From Octopus vulgaris (lineage: Eukaryota): 64,000 nucleotides of DNA. Of the stretch, positions 28,632 through 43,611 are shown piece by piece. The stretch spans positions 6,138,001 to 6,202,000 of the forward strand of contig OX597830.1 in assembly GCA_951406725.2 (NCBI GenBank). The letters run 5' to 3'. A program made the position numbers and the translations under genes. The number at the start of each line of letters is the position of its first letter. Position 1 is the first letter of the stretch. Under the pieces are notes generated by a model. It was not told the origin of the DNA, searched no databases, and saw only the letters and a program-made list of their open reading frames with translations.

Positions 28632-28979
28632 GTATTTACGTGTGTGTGTGTATATGCGTGTCTGAGTGTGTATATATATATATATATATATTATACGGAA
28701 GATATCCATGATGACCTCCCGCTGATTCGAACTGTTCTACATCACACCATAACGAATAGATGAAACAATATCGGTAAAGAAATCTTAAAAATTTCAAAAG
28801 AAAATGTAAAACCAGTTATTTCTCCCAAAACAATGCCACTATATAATTTTATATAATTTTCCTAACATGATGATTTTAATATATTCTTTAAACATACAAT
28901 ACAAATCTTCTGTAGTTTTTTCATTCTATTTTGTTTCTTTTTTTAAATATATGTATATATATATATATGTATATATATG

Positions 28980-29331
<352 letters not shown>

Positions 29332-29334
<3 letters not shown>

Positions 29335-29615
29335 TATAGTATAGGATAACCAGTAAATTGTCATAATAGAACTCAGAGTTTCAAATGCCGGAACTAAAAG
29401 CACCGAGGCATTTTCATCAACTGTTTCTTTTTCTTTTTTTTCATAGCGGCTATCGTCAAGATCGCCGATGAAAATGCCTCGAAGTCCTTAGCTCCGGCAC
29501 TTGAAACTCTGAGTTCTAGTATGACAATTTACTGATTATCCTATACTATATATATATATAAATTCCTCTATTTACATAATATCGAGGTCTCATTCTTTTG
29601 TTGTTATTTTATTAT
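29332..29615. mobile_element. PLE-like terminal fragment with ~85-bp inverted arms, each carrying a hammerhead fold
   Basis: Arms ~29335-29419 and ~29467-29550. Plus strand: CCGATGA(29465-29471)-AAATGCC...GGCACTT-GAAAC-TCTGAGTTC. Minus arm: TTGATGA-AAATGCC...GGCATTT-GAAAC-TCTGAGTTC, with a perfect 7-bp stem II. Confidence 0.75.
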
Positions 29616-29623
29616 TACTCTTA

Positions 29624-29751
<128 letters not shown>

Positions 29752-30124
29752 TTTATATATATACATATATGTAGGTAGGGAGGTGAGTAGTTTTGTATGT
29801 GGCTATATATCATATATATGAGAGTTGTTGAGACGAGTGAAGCCGAAATAACTTTTTAGGACCTCTACACAAGTTTGGATCATATATTTGGCTAGTAAAA
29901 ACAAAAATGACCGGATCAGGTGCTACAAGGCTCTTTTGTGCTCGAAGTGTTTACTTAAGTAATTTCCGCTCAACAAAGGAAGTCTAAAATAGACAAACAG
30001 AAACCATAAAACCTTCTGTAAAGAAATTCATTGTGTTGATGAGATCTACCGGATGTGGGTCACATTTCTCATAGTTTCTACAAAAGTCTTTTGAAGAATT
30101 AATGGTATGATGTTTACACCATTT

Positions 30125-30269
30125 ACTTCTTTACTCTTTTATTTGTTTCAGTCATTTAATTGTGGCTATAATTGAGCACCACCTTTAGTCGAACAAATCG
30201 ATCTTAGGACTTATTCTTATTCTTTTTAGCTTAGGGGTCTTAAAGAGATGGTGGGCGTACAAAAAACAT

Positions 30270-30327
<58 letters not shown>

Positions 30328-30503
30328 AAGAAATAGCTAGGATTTTTGGCTGCTCTTTCTAAACTTCGGTGTGTGGTGAAGCAAATCTTTGCTGAACGCT
30401 TTTATTAAATATTACTTAACTTTACCGTGAAATGGTCCGTTTTTCATACCGAATTCTACTTGGTGAAATTTTTGATTACTTCTTAATTAATTAATTTTCC
30501 CTT

Positions 30504-30554
<51 letters not shown>

Positions 30555-30740
30555 TATGTATGTATTTATGTATGTATACGACGGACATCATTCAGTTTCC
30601 GTCTACCAAATCCACTCACAAGTCTTTGGTCGGCCCGAGGCAATATTAGAAGACACTTGCCCAAGGTGCCACTCAGTAGGACTAAACTCAGAACCATGTG
30701 ATTGGGAAGCAAGCTTTTTACCAAACATCCACTCCTGCTC
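30125..30740 (-). mobile_element. CORE-like SINE split at its internal microsatellite by a PLE-like fragment
   Basis: Tail at ~30125-30270 and head at ~30575-30740; the insert 30323-30510 sits between (TA)n tracts. Confidence 0.75.
30323..30510 (+). mobile_element. PLE-like terminal family (copy 2 of 3)
   Basis: Aligns with 16200-16403; both ends are in (TA)n. Confidence 0.7.
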
Positions 30741-31482
30741 CTATTTAAAATCTTTTTTATTTTTATTTTCTTTAGTGTTATTTATTATTTGTTTCTCTCT
30801 AAAAATCGAGAAAATCACTACTATTCCCTTCAAATTTGCTTTTGACAAGTTGACACCCATGTTTGAAACTCAACTATTTTAGATTACATTTCTGACAGAT
30901 TTAGCGCTGTTTCGCTGAAGCAGAAATATCGTTATCGCAAATATCCTGCTCAATAACACAGATTTTATCCAAAACACTTGAGAATTTTCCTTAGTGGCTG
31001 ACAATATTTGCATACCTGATGATGAACATGAGCTGTGCAAGTGCATAACAGCCATGTGTTGAGAGGAATTCCTTGGTTGTTTGAATGAATGTAGCATAAG
31101 CAAAGTTTGGAAGGAAATATTAAACATTTTTAATAATTTCTAGAAAATAGCAGTTGCTTCTCTAGGACAAAAATCGTGTTGCAGAGTGTTATTTAAAAAG
31201 ATGGGTGGCTTCATATTAATGATAAGCGAGTTCGTATCAAATTTAATTCTGTTAGCTCTACTGAGACGAAAGCTAAGCAGCGAGACGTGAACACCACTGA
31301 CTCGTGCAACGAAACTACCTAATCGTTTTACGGCGTTCCGCTGTGCCATATGTTGTTGACTATGGGTTTCTCTATATTAGAGATTTCATTAGAGAGCTAA
31401 CGGCAGTATGCCATTCATTTAAACCTGTTCACTTGTTTATTATTGCTACCGTCTCTCCCCCGCCCGCTCTCTCGTTATATAT

Positions 31483-31569
<87 letters not shown>

Positions 31570-32564
31570 CATATATATACATATATATATCACATATATA
31601 ATAAATATATATATGTATATATCTATACACATGTATACAAATATATACATATGTACATATATATATATGTGTGTGTGTATGTGTGTGTGCATACACAAGC
31701 ATATCTATATCTATGTCTATACGCACTTACACACACACATACATATATACTATATATATTATATATATGTCTGGGTGCACGAATATGTGTTTCAAAATAT
31801 TTCGAACCTCTCTTTCTCACCTTCTTTCATTCTCATCTGACAATATGTTCCTGTGTTCGTGTGTGAGAATTTGTGTAGATGTGTGTGTGTGTAAGTTTAA
31901 ATATGTATATGTATATATATATATATGTATGTATATATTGATATATATATACATATATATATATATGTATATATATGAATATATATATATATACATATAT
32001 ACCTACATACATATATACATGTGCATCTCTACTTGTATATTTATGCATATATGTATGTACATACGTATATACACATACATATGTACATATAAATATGTAC
32101 ATGTAAGTTTATGTGTGTCTCTGTGTCTGTGTGTGCACTCGTGTATGTGTGTGTGTGTATGTGTGTATGCCCGTGTGCCTGGGTGTAAGAATCTGAGTAT
32201 GTATCTTCAAATAAACAGACATTTTATTCTGCCATATTTTTATAATTTCTCTAGTTTTCTCGTTTTGCAAATTATTTCTTACCGAAAATATTTGCTTACC
32301 TATTGATATATTTATTTATTAATTTTTCATCATCTGTTATTATTATTATTATTTGTTTATTTACCTATTATTTTTACAATTCCAATGAAAATCTTCAAGA
32401 TTCTTCCAGTCAAATACAAATATATTATATTTATAACACCAGAAATAACCGACCCGACCACATAACGATCTTTATACTTCATTTCGCTTCCGTGCTTTAA
32501 ATATGTACATACGTAAACATACATACATATACGCATACATACACACACATATGCATACATATAC

Positions 32565-32643
<79 letters not shown>

Positions 32644-33380
32644 AGTCTATATAGACGTATGTGTCTATAGATGTTTCTTTTTTGTTGCATAGTTTATAGA
32701 TTTAAATAATATATTATACAATCAATATTTTGGCAAACTATTTTCAAATATTATATCTGACTTGTTTCCTCTCATACGAAACCGATGCAGGCAAAAAAAC
32801 AAAAACATTAAATATTGCCACTATAAATATATCCGTGCAGACACACACACACACACACAGAAAAAAACATACACACACTCACTCACTCACAAACACGCAT
32901 ATATACATCCACTCATCTACACATAATTCCATTAAAACGTATGTATGTATACATATATGTGTGTGCGTGCATATGCTTATGCGTGTATATGCATATGTTT
33001 GTGCGTGCGTATGTGTTTGTGTGTGTGTGAGGGGGGTCTCGGTGTGTGTGTGTGTCTGTGTGTATTCATAGTTGTATATATTAAATATTAAGTCTTAGAA
33101 AGCAGAGAGAAAAATGTTTTAATCATACATCTCATATAAAAGATTTTTATCAATGTGTTCTTGTGTTCTTTAATATTTCGAAATATTTTCAATTAAGGTT
33201 TTAGGAAATCGGTCACTTTATAAAATAATAAACACAAAATCAATTTTGTAGGTGTACATAGAGAAATATTTATAATTTTTTGGAGTACTTCGGTTCTGGT
33301 GTATTTGCGTGTTTCAGGTATGTATGTAAATACACATGTATGTCTGTGATTCATTATATATGTATATATATATGTATACT

Positions 33381-33456
<76 letters not shown>

Positions 33457-33629
33457 TATGTATTTATGTATGTATGTATGTGTGTATGTATATAAGACGT
33501 ATATATGTATGTATGTATGTATATATATATTGTCATTCTTATACCTATATGCATGCATACACATAGTAACGCACACGCACGCATACGTATATAAACATCT
33601 TTTTTAATATAGCCCTCTACAAGTGTGTA

Positions 33630-33687
<58 letters not shown>

Positions 33688-33872
33688 CATAAACACAGTG
33701 TGTCGTTACATATATGTGTATGTAAATTTATATATATATATATATATGCATATGCATATATATGTATCTATGAGTGTGTGTATATATATATGTATATATA
33801 TATATATACATATATATATATGTAGATATTTTTATATATATGTATATATAGATATATATCTAAGTATGTATG

Positions 33873-33921
<49 letters not shown>

Positions 33922-34495
33922 GTGTGTCTACCTCGATTCTGCATATCAGCATTACTACCTCTATATAAACATATACGTATGTATATATATATCTATACGT
34001 GTGTGTATGTGTGTATAATATTTTCCTCTCCATTGCTCTCTTTATTATCTATTTATGTAGCTTAGTATCTACCACTCAATGTATCGATATTTAAGTCCTT
34101 CGATCTTTATATGTAGTTCACATATCCTGTCCATCTGCCTCTCCTCTCCTTCCTTTTCTGTTCGTCTACCTTTCTGCAAATTGGGGAGTATTTGAGTAGT
34201 GGGTAGTTTGCAGCCGCTGGGTTTCCAATTTTATTTTAACACGTGGCTTCACATGAAAATGTCGATAATTATATCAGGTCCACCATTAGAAATGTTTTGT
34301 TTGTAGTGTAACTGTAAGTTTGTATATGTTCATACGCATATGTATGTATGAGTTTGTATAGACGTTACTGCCCACGTATTAGCCATAAAGTGACTCAATT
34401 TAAATTCCGTAATGTGAACGAATATACATTATTAAGTTATATACGAGAGTTTAAAATAGAGATATAGGATGGAAATGATACCTTCATATATACAT

Positions 34496-34548
34496 AACAA
34501 AACTGTCCGACGAACGGGAACGTGAAACTCAGAGTAACAGGTTTTGTT
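34496..34548 (+). ncRNA. Type I minimal hammerhead ribozyme, near-complete
   Basis: Stem I AACAAAACTGT/ACAG(G)TTTTGTT; core CCGACGA (34507-34513, U4 to C); stem II ACG-GGAA-CGT; GAAA 34524-34527; stem III ACTC-A-GAGT; GTA site ending 34536. The element continues ~95 nt to (TA)n at ~34645. Confidence 0.8.
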
Positions 34549-34643
34549 GAATTTCTGCTGCTTTTAAATAAAGCATATTACTCTACACCTAGTATTTGAC
34601 TACTCCTTTTCTACCTTGTTTCACGTTTATGTGTTTACTCTGG

Positions 34644-34677
<34 letters not shown>

Positions 34678-35660
34678 TATATATATGAACAATTTTCTAC
34701 GTACAGTTACTCACGTGTATATATACATACATAACACACACGCGTGCGAACACACACACACATACACACACATACACACACAAACACACACACGCACACA
34801 CGGAAACACACATATATATACATATATACACATACGAGTGTGTATATATGTATATACAGATTGAAGCATGAAATTTGGTTTAAGTATATATTTTAACATT
34901 ATAAGCTACATAAACGTTACACATGTTCCGTGTATGACATACATTATGGTTGCTTCATATCAATGTTGTGTAACTTACTATTTTCTTCATTTAGTGTCCC
35001 AATTAATTAGAGAATCGTCTGCGTAATGATCTCTGCACAACATGTTTGCGTTAGTGAAGCAGTAAATATCATGTACCCTATGGTCTCATTGTAAAAATAT
35101 TCTGATTTACTGTGATCTCGGATAGGCGGTCTGTAAATTATTCAAATGTGTGTACTGCTAACAGAAAATAGATATTGAACAGACTTTGGATATAACATGG
35201 ATTAGCATGGAGCTCCAAGCATTGTTTAGCCGTTATGCAATCTCATTCGATATAGCAATTTTCAACACACACACACATTCACTTACGTATTCATGTTTGT
35301 TTGTATACATATATATGCATACACACACACACACACACACACAGAGTCATTAGCGGCTGATCATCAAAATATTTTATAAGGTCTCTGTTATTACATCCGA
35401 TAAATAATATTGTTTAGATTAGTAAAGAACTCAACACATCCATGTGGCGGGGCTCGTGGGTTTAATTCATTACCGTTCTATATTTATAAATTGATGGTTG
35501 CGTTCCGAGTCATATTATCATTTGCACAAAGGGATATAAAAGGCAAGGGGATACATAATGGTCTTTCCAGATTTCTTTATTGCGGTAAATTTGACTAGCT
35601 GTTTCCATTATTCATAATACGTTCATTATTGGTTGGTTTGTCCAATTGGCTCCGATCAGT

Positions 35661-35697
<37 letters not shown>

Positions 35698-36879
35698 ACT
35701 CCGCCGCATGTTTGTCAAATTGCCACACTTATGACGAGGGCAAGAACCCCAAAACGGATTCTACACTTCGGAGGAACAAGAAAATGCAAACAAAGATACG
35801 CTTTCACATCTGGAATTTTGAAAGAAAATACAAAAACGAAAAAGAGAAACATAAGACTTTACTGTTATGCTTTTTTTTTATCGGTCTATTTATTTATTTC
35901 TTGTTCTATTCTGCGTTCAAAATGTCTGCTTTTGGAATCCGTTTCCTCGGGTTTATTCGAAGCAATCTTTCTATTTGAAGAGAGCTGAAGACCATGACAA
36001 TCTGTTCTCAATATAATGCATTTCTCTAATTTTCTTTTTCTATTATGCTCCAGTTGTACAACGAAACTCTGTAACTGTGTTATTGTGGCTTTCAAAGTTC
36101 TTCAGTTTACTCGATAGAATACGGCATAATAAACTTAAACACCACTATAATACCATTCATGTCATGCAGGATAAACTTGAAGTAATGCCTATCTAAGTAT
36201 AATCAATGTCTAGCACATTCTAACAACTTCGATAAAAGATCTTTCTTTAAAAAACTAACAATCATTGTTGGTCTTATGCGAGCGATGACATTTTGTGGCA
36301 AGTAACATGAAATTATGATAATGTTTTAATACGGAAGTTTATCCTCAAGCCACCAATCAATTTACGGAGAAAAGGAAACGAACAACGTAATGGCTAATGG
36401 AGGGGTAATATGTATACCCTTTTCTAATTCCAAACACTCCCTTTTTGTTTCGTGCCCCAACACGACGATTTTCATTGTTTAGTGAGTATATTAGTATATG
36501 TTCTACATTTTATTTGTGGCTTCATTTCTGAAAACACAGTGTGGCATGTTCACTCTATATAGAGACAAGCTGGCAAACAGGCACAAATGCAAATACACAC
36601 ACACACACACACACACACACACTCCAAGACCAAGGCAGTGGCTGCGAGGAGGTATGCAGTGTTTTGTTGAAGAGAGGTGATTTGAGGACTGAACAGAATA
36701 TTGCTTCGGGCACAGAACTAAGTTGAAATAGGATCAAGACAGGTCGATACGGATTCCCAGTAAACTCCTGGACCCAACCCAGACTATTTGCATCTGGAGC
36801 TGTTAGTTATGTCCAACACTCACACACACACACACACACACACATTCACACAAACAAACATATATGCACATAAGCATGA

Positions 36880-37030
36880 CCGAGTGGCAAGGACTTTGTT
36901 TCTCAGAGACATGGTTCCGGATTAAGTCCCACTGCATGGCAACTTTGGCAAGCGCCTTCCATTATAACCTCGGGACGACAAGATACTTGTGAATGGATTT
37001 GGGACACAACGACTGAAAGAAGCCTACGGT
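36880..37030 (+). mobile_element. CORE-like SINE, degenerate 5' half
   Basis: CATGGTTCCGGATTAAGTCCCACTGCATGGCAACTTTGGCAAG...GACTGAAAGAAGCC. Confidence 0.7.
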
Positions 37031-37055
37031 GTATATAGGAATATGTGTGTGTGTT

Positions 37056-37107
<52 letters not shown>

Positions 37108-37130
37108 AGCACATATAAGTATATATATAT

Positions 37131-37279
37131 AAATAAATGAAAGAATGGAGTCGAACGACGATTTTAAAAAATTCCTTTATTCTCGACATATGTTTCAAAG
37201 ACTGCATATTTCAAAGAAACATGTCGAGAGTAAAGGAATTTTGTTAAATCGTCGTTCGACTCCATTCTTTCATTTATTT
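37131..37279. repeat. Fold-back of a PLE-like terminus containing the 3' half of a hammerhead
   Basis: Arms ~37131-37196 and ~37216-37279. The minus strand has GTCTTT-GAAACATATGTC-GAGAATAAAGGAATTT, related to the 11.2-kb family. Abuts (TA)n. Confidence 0.8.
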
Positions 37280-37424
37280 ACAGAAAAAAACACACACAAA
37301 TTTCCACACGAAAGCACGTGATCTCTGCCCTTGGCATGTAGCTTCAACCGTGTTTTCTGACGTGAATTTGCTACCCAGGTATCGGTTAACTGAATTATCC
37401 ATACAAGGATAATTCATTCAACTA

Positions 37425-37489
<65 letters not shown>

Positions 37490-37566
37490 GTATATATATG
37501 CGTATATTTATATATATATATATATATATCTGTGTGTACATAAACGTTTATATATATATATATGTA

Positions 37567-37616
<50 letters not shown>

Positions 37617-37673
37617 CATATATACATACATATATATATATGCATATATACATATATATATATATATATATAC

Positions 37674-37704
<31 letters not shown>

Positions 37705-37737
37705 TATATGCATACATATATATATATACATATATAC

Positions 37738-37790
<53 letters not shown>

Positions 37791-38446
37791 ATATATATAC
37801 AATCTGAAATCTGAAGTGAGGCTTGATATTTGAAGGTGCCAATACTTAAAAGTAATTAAGCAGATAAATCGCACACGCACGCCCTCACATTCTCTTCAAC
37901 GTACACACAGACAAACAAACATATATATATATACATGTATATATCTAACTATATGCACACAAGTATATACATACATACATGACTGAATCAGTTTTTAAAC
38001 TCCTCTTCCATTAATGCGGTACTTAATTTTGAGATGTTATTAATTTAGCAATAACGAAATTGAAGTCGAATCTCTATCTCTTATTTTCTTTCTTTCTTTC
38101 TTTCTTCTTCCCCTCAAATGAAATATAGCTATATTCATAATCATACGTTTATACATATACCAGTACAATTATACACATATGCAACCACCCATGTGCACAT
38201 TCATACGTGTGTGCTTTGTGTATAAATGTATAATTTTTTATTGCTATACACAAACACACACACACATATATATATATATATATGTATGTGTGTATATGGA
38301 TATATTATATACATAGATACATATATATGTATATATATATATATATACATACACACATGCACACACATGCACACATCTATCTCTAACCATATACATACAT
38401 ATTCACTCATATATATATATTTGTATATATATATATATATAGATAA

Positions 38447-38505
<59 letters not shown>

Positions 38506-38987
38506 TATGTATGTATGTATGTATATACATACGTATATGCATGTATATCCAGGATATACACATATTGGCTGAGTATAAATCGGTGTATATTTAAAGTATA
38601 CTTCATTTTCGAAATTTAACAGAATTTACAGCAAGAATTTTATTTTCGTTCAGAACCTCTGTATGCAGTCATAACTGTTCTCCTACAGGTCCGACTCACA
38701 ACACGAAACAAGAAACTTGCAAACATATTGAAACATTTAATTCCTCAACTGCTTCCGGCTTTCTACTGTAACTTCAGCCATTTTAATTACCTCAGCCAAA
38801 AAAACATCTCGGTGTTATCACAAAAAAGCTTTCATTTTCTTTCGCTAACTCCTTGCTTTCCATGCATCTTCGATCGAATCTCCTGCGAGTTAACATGGGA
38901 TCCGTTGACGACAACGTAAACTTAATTTGATTAAGGTATCTTTCGCCCGACGAGTAGCTAGCGGATTACCCCTCGTTTGGCCAATTT

Positions 38988-39029
38988 CCACGTCCGACGT
39001 TCTACTAGTATGAAACTTATGTAACATGG
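38988..39029 (+). ncRNA. Degenerate hammerhead fold ~30 nt upstream of (TA)n
   Basis: Stem I CCACGT/ACATGG; core CCGACGT; weak stem II; GAAAC 39012-39016; TTAT loop; GTA site 39021-39023. Confidence 0.5.
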
Positions 39030-39055
39030 ATTTTATGTAATTCGTTCGCTAATTT

Positions 39056-39112
<57 letters not shown>

Positions 39113-39129
39113 GCATGCAAACTGTACAC

Positions 39130-39900
39130 GCCTATCTCTCGATATGACATCAACATCATACTGGTGGCTTGGAATACACTTATATACTTCAATATTTACT
39201 TGTCTCGCAACTCGTTTGTGAATTTATTTGATATAACCATGGGTTCATCCGACACCATCCAGGTTACTGACCTGGTCGGCTATCCCTTTTTTCCTAATTT
39301 AATCAACATATTCCCCAGCCTCTCTGGAGGTGTGTACACGGATGACGTACTCCTTACAGCCACTGGTTTATGTCGACCGTTAAATGAACGCAGCCGGAAT
39401 GTCCTCCATAGATTCTTTGAAATATTATAATCTTATGAACTGTTTTGAGAATAGCCCGAGAGTAGCTAATTTCTTAGATGTCTCACTCAATTTACATGCA
39501 AACCTACATTATATTTTCCCAATGAATCCCTACAGAATATCAACATCCTATTCAATGATACTATCTCCATTGAAATTTGTCACTCATCATCAAATGAAAA
39601 CACCTTTAGCACTCACGGCCTGTATAATTATCAAGCTCTCCACATCAGTGGTTTCTGCGTAAAGATTTCCTTTATTTCCGACACTAAACTTAAAGCTAAA
39701 CACGCACTGACCTTTCCTAATACAGATCCTGGCCCAACCATACCTGATTTCCTCATCCACAAGCCATTTATCTTTAACTACCACCCAAACCCTACTCGCC
39801 CGCAACTCCTACCCATCCTATCACACTATATATATCCTTTTATGAATAAGCATTGTTCTGATAAGCTTTTCTTCCATTTTTAACCTTTGAAACGATTTTT
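39130..39900 (+). mobile_element. Penelope-like reverse transcriptase remnant of a second clade, heavily degraded
   Basis: NLFDITMGSSDTIQVTDLVG, GGVYTDDVLL and VANFLDVSLNL match the FDVTMGS.DGAE.CELVG / GLYRDD / VNFLDVTL pattern of a PLE RT group (recalled). Starts near (TA)n. Confidence 0.72.
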
Positions 39901-40034
39901 ATCCCCAATAAATATATGATTTCTATTGTTATTTTATTTGTGTTACTCCACTAAATCTTCGTGAATTTACATGCTTTCTCGATGTTTCTTCGTATATATT
40001 TCTAAATAATATAAACGTCGGGCGAAAGATACCT

Positions 40035-40188
40035 AAGGCGCGGGATTCGCTGTGTGGTAAGAAGCTTGTTCTCCAACGACACGGTTCCGGGTGCAGTCCT
40101 ACTGCGTGGCAAGTGCCTTCTACAATAAACTCTAGCTGACCAAAGCTTTGTGACTGGATTTGGTAGACGGAAACTGAAAGAAGCTTGT

Positions 40189-40264
<76 letters not shown>

Positions 40265-40870
40265 AAAATGGAGATGTGGAACATGAGTTGTGATATATAA
40301 AAAAAGGAAATGAAGAAAATGCTGACAAAATAATTTAAGTAATTTAAGTAATTTAATTAGGTGAAACTTCTTTTTACCGGTTGCGCATTTGTTATGCTTA
40401 TCAAAAGATTAGAGTTCCTTTCTGATAGATTTTTTCCTCTTATCTGATTTTATGTTGGGTTTGCTGTCTCTTATATGTGAAAAAAAGAGACATATAAGAG
40501 ACAGCAAACCCAACATAAAGTCAGATAAGAGGAAAAAATCTATCAGAAAGGAACTCTAATCTTTTGATAAGCATAACAAATGCGCAACCGGTAAAAAGAA
40601 GTTTCACCTAATTAAATTACTTAAATTACTTAAATTATTTTGTCAGCATTTTCTTCATTTCCTTTTATATATATATATATATATTTGTGTTTGTTTGTTT
40701 GTCCTCCCTTCATCGCTTGACAACCGATGCTGGTATGTTTACGACCCCGTAACTTTGCGGTTCAGAATAAGTACAAGGCTTACAAAGAATAAGACTTGGT
40801 GTCGATTTGGCAGTGCTCCAGCACGGTCGCAGTCAAATAACTGAATTAAGTAAAAAAATAAAAGAATAAA
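40035..40870 (+). mobile_element. CORE-like SINE split by a fold-back insertion in its internal (TA)n
   Basis: Head 40035-40190, tail ~40685-40870. Confidence 0.8.
40302..40666. repeat. ~176-bp near-perfect inverted repeat (11-nt loop) with a degenerate hammerhead in each arm
   Basis: Arms ~40302-40478 and ~40490-40666. The right arm at 40560-40599 reads TCTTT-TGATAA-GCAT-AACAA-ATGC-GCAAC-CG-GTA-AAAAGA, with palindromic ACCGGT. Confidence 0.9.
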
Positions 40871-40872
40871 GC

Positions 40873-41065
40873 AGCTAGCTGGCAGAATCGTTTTGCAGGC
40901 CGGACAAAATGCTTTGCGGGGTTTCATCCGTCTTTGCCTTCTGAGGTTTACTTTGCCTTTCATCTTGTTGGGGTCGATAAAATAAGTACGTGTTGAATGC
41001 TGGGTATGATGTAACTGATCGACCGCTTCGCCTCAATTTGCTGGCCTTGTGCCAAAAGTTGAAAC
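40873..41065 (+). mobile_element. Nin/Deu-like SINE, degenerate (another fragment at ~41335-41497)
   Basis: GCTGGCAGAATCG...ACTTTGCCTTTCATCTTGTTGGGGTCGATAAAATAAGTAC. Confidence 0.75.
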
Positions 41066-41107
41066 TATCATCATCATCATCATTATCATTATTATTATTA
41101 TTATTAT

Positions 41108-41322
41108 TGAGTGAGAGAGCAGTGCATGCTATCAAAGTGACACTGGGGTAAAATATACAAAGCCCGGTATACCCACTATGACTACCCGTCTGATAAGGGT
41201 ACACCAGACACATGCATCACAACCATATGTGCGTGACATGGTGATCTCATATCAAGATAAACAGCGCATGAACTTGCAGGTGGGTCTCAGTTAGAATTTT
41301 CTTCTGGTCGAGTAGCCCATCC
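41108..41322 (-). repeat. Interspersed repeat ending in an (AAT)n tail
   Basis: Reverse complement of ~47000-47195; abuts (ATT)n. A more upstream part of the same family is at ~30940-31090. Confidence 0.7.
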
Positions 41323-43158
41323 TATAATTATTATTCGTTTGTCTTTACATTCTGATTTCAAATACTGACAAGCTTGACTTTGCCTTTCATCCTCCCGGGG
41401 GTCGATGAAATAAGTTCCAGTCATATACTGGGTTCAATGTAATTGATTTACATCTTTTCCACAAAATTGCTGGCCTTGTGTTAAAACTTGAAACCAGTAT
41501 TACTCATTTCTGTTTTAACCGGTTTCAGTCCTTTGATTTCGGCCATGCAGGAATAACGCTTTCAATCCCTTTACTGAAGTCCGAAATAAGTCATCTACTA
41601 CTTATATTTATATCTGCCTTTATCAGATGGTTAACGATTTGTGTAAAGAGAAGGTCTGAGCAACTAAACTGCAATACTTAAGCTTTTAAGTTCTACGCCA
41701 CAAACAGTTCCATGGTCATTGCTTTTACAAAATCAATCACTATTTTTCCCTAAGAACTTACCTTAAACACTTTGCCTATTTATAGCTAATTACTGGTTAA
41801 GTAGCTTCAACTTTTATGAGAAGGAGACAAATTAATCGTCCTTTGGCGCAAGAACCACGCAACCCATAATGTCGGAAGTCGCAGTAGATCTTTATGTCTA
41901 TTACGATATTCCAGACATCGATTAACTTACATTTAATACCATCTTCTCTTGTCAAAGATATCACTAATTAAATAGTAAGTAAGCAGTCTGCAGCAAATAG
42001 ATTTAGCTGTTATATAAGAATGAATCATTTTCTCTCACTTCAACACTATTTATGCGCTGCTGCTGCTGTCGTTGTGGTGAAGCTAATCTCAATAGAATCA
42101 TCTCAAAAGTAATTTCAATTGATTAAAATGTTACGTAAAATAAATTCAAATGTTTTATGGTGTCTCCTCTTTACTTCTTTTACAGCTTGCAAGCGTTGGA
42201 CTGCGACCATACTGGGGCACAGTTTTAATGCTGGTTATTCGGCAATCGTTTGTCTTTTTAATATGAATAGAAATGTAAGATTGACATTTGCGTGTGAAAA
42301 AGTCCAAGAGATGACCAAGCCGAACAGAAATTCTGCGGGCTCTTTCTGCTTGAATATACATATGTTTTTTTTCTTTTATTTTTGTTAATTACACATTGGA
42401 AGAAACAGTCACGCATATACACACATAGGCACGCTTCATCAGGTTAACCACTGTTTCTGCTGTTTCTGTTGGGCGTTTGCGTATCACCTTATAACTTCGT
42501 CAGAGCTTTATCAATGTGTGGGTGTATATGTGTATGTGCCTATGAATACATACGTATGTATATTCTGAGATGGTGATAAAGAGAGTAAGAAACACAGTTA
42601 GATAAGAGACATACAACCATGTTTCTATATTTAAATGAACAAACGAGACAGAATATATGAAAAACGAACAACATGGAGAACGAATTTGAAAGATAGACGA
42701 GTTGATTACGTCAGACCATATTAGTTGATTAAAAAAAAAAACAGATACATAGCCAATAGCTGTAGACACTACATTTTAGACATTTTCTAAAACTCTAATT
42801 AACAAGTTTGATCCGTTTCATGATATAAGAAGCTAAAGTCTTATTCAAAACAGACCGGCAGCTATAATATTTTAAGTAGTTCAATTCCTAGAATTTCATA
42901 GAAAACTCGTCGCACGGTAATCAACAGAAAGTTCTAGCTAACAGTCATATGACATTTAAACCAATCAGAAAAGCTGCATTGTAAATGAAACAACTAAATT
43001 CAGTGATTTCGTTTTTACCAATCGCCATTATTCTATTCAGTTAAAAGAATTTGAATATATTTCTTCAAATATGATTGTTATATTACATACTGTTTAATAA
43101 GACTCGGAGGTACGTATATACTCAGATACACACAAAGGTATATTTCTGTATGTTTGTT

Positions 43159-43189
<31 letters not shown>

Positions 43190-43453
43190 TTGCGCGTGTC
43201 TCTGTGTATGCATGTATGTGTACGTATATATATGAGTGATTGTGCTATCTATGCACCCTTCCAACCATCCATCCATCCAACCATCCATCCATCCATCTAT
43301 CTATCTATTTATCTATCTGTCTGTCTGCCTGTCTGTCTGTCTGTCTGTCTGTCTGCCTGTCTGTTTATCCATTCAGCCACCTATCCAGCTATCTATCCAT
43401 GTATCTATCTATCTGTCTGTCGATCTATCCATCCACCCTTCCACCCATCCATC

Positions 43454-43490
<37 letters not shown>

Positions 43491-43491
43491 A

Positions 43492-43530
<39 letters not shown>

Positions 43531-43573
43531 CATCTATCTATCTATCTCTATGCACACACACAGACACACACAG

Positions 43574-43611
<38 letters not shown>

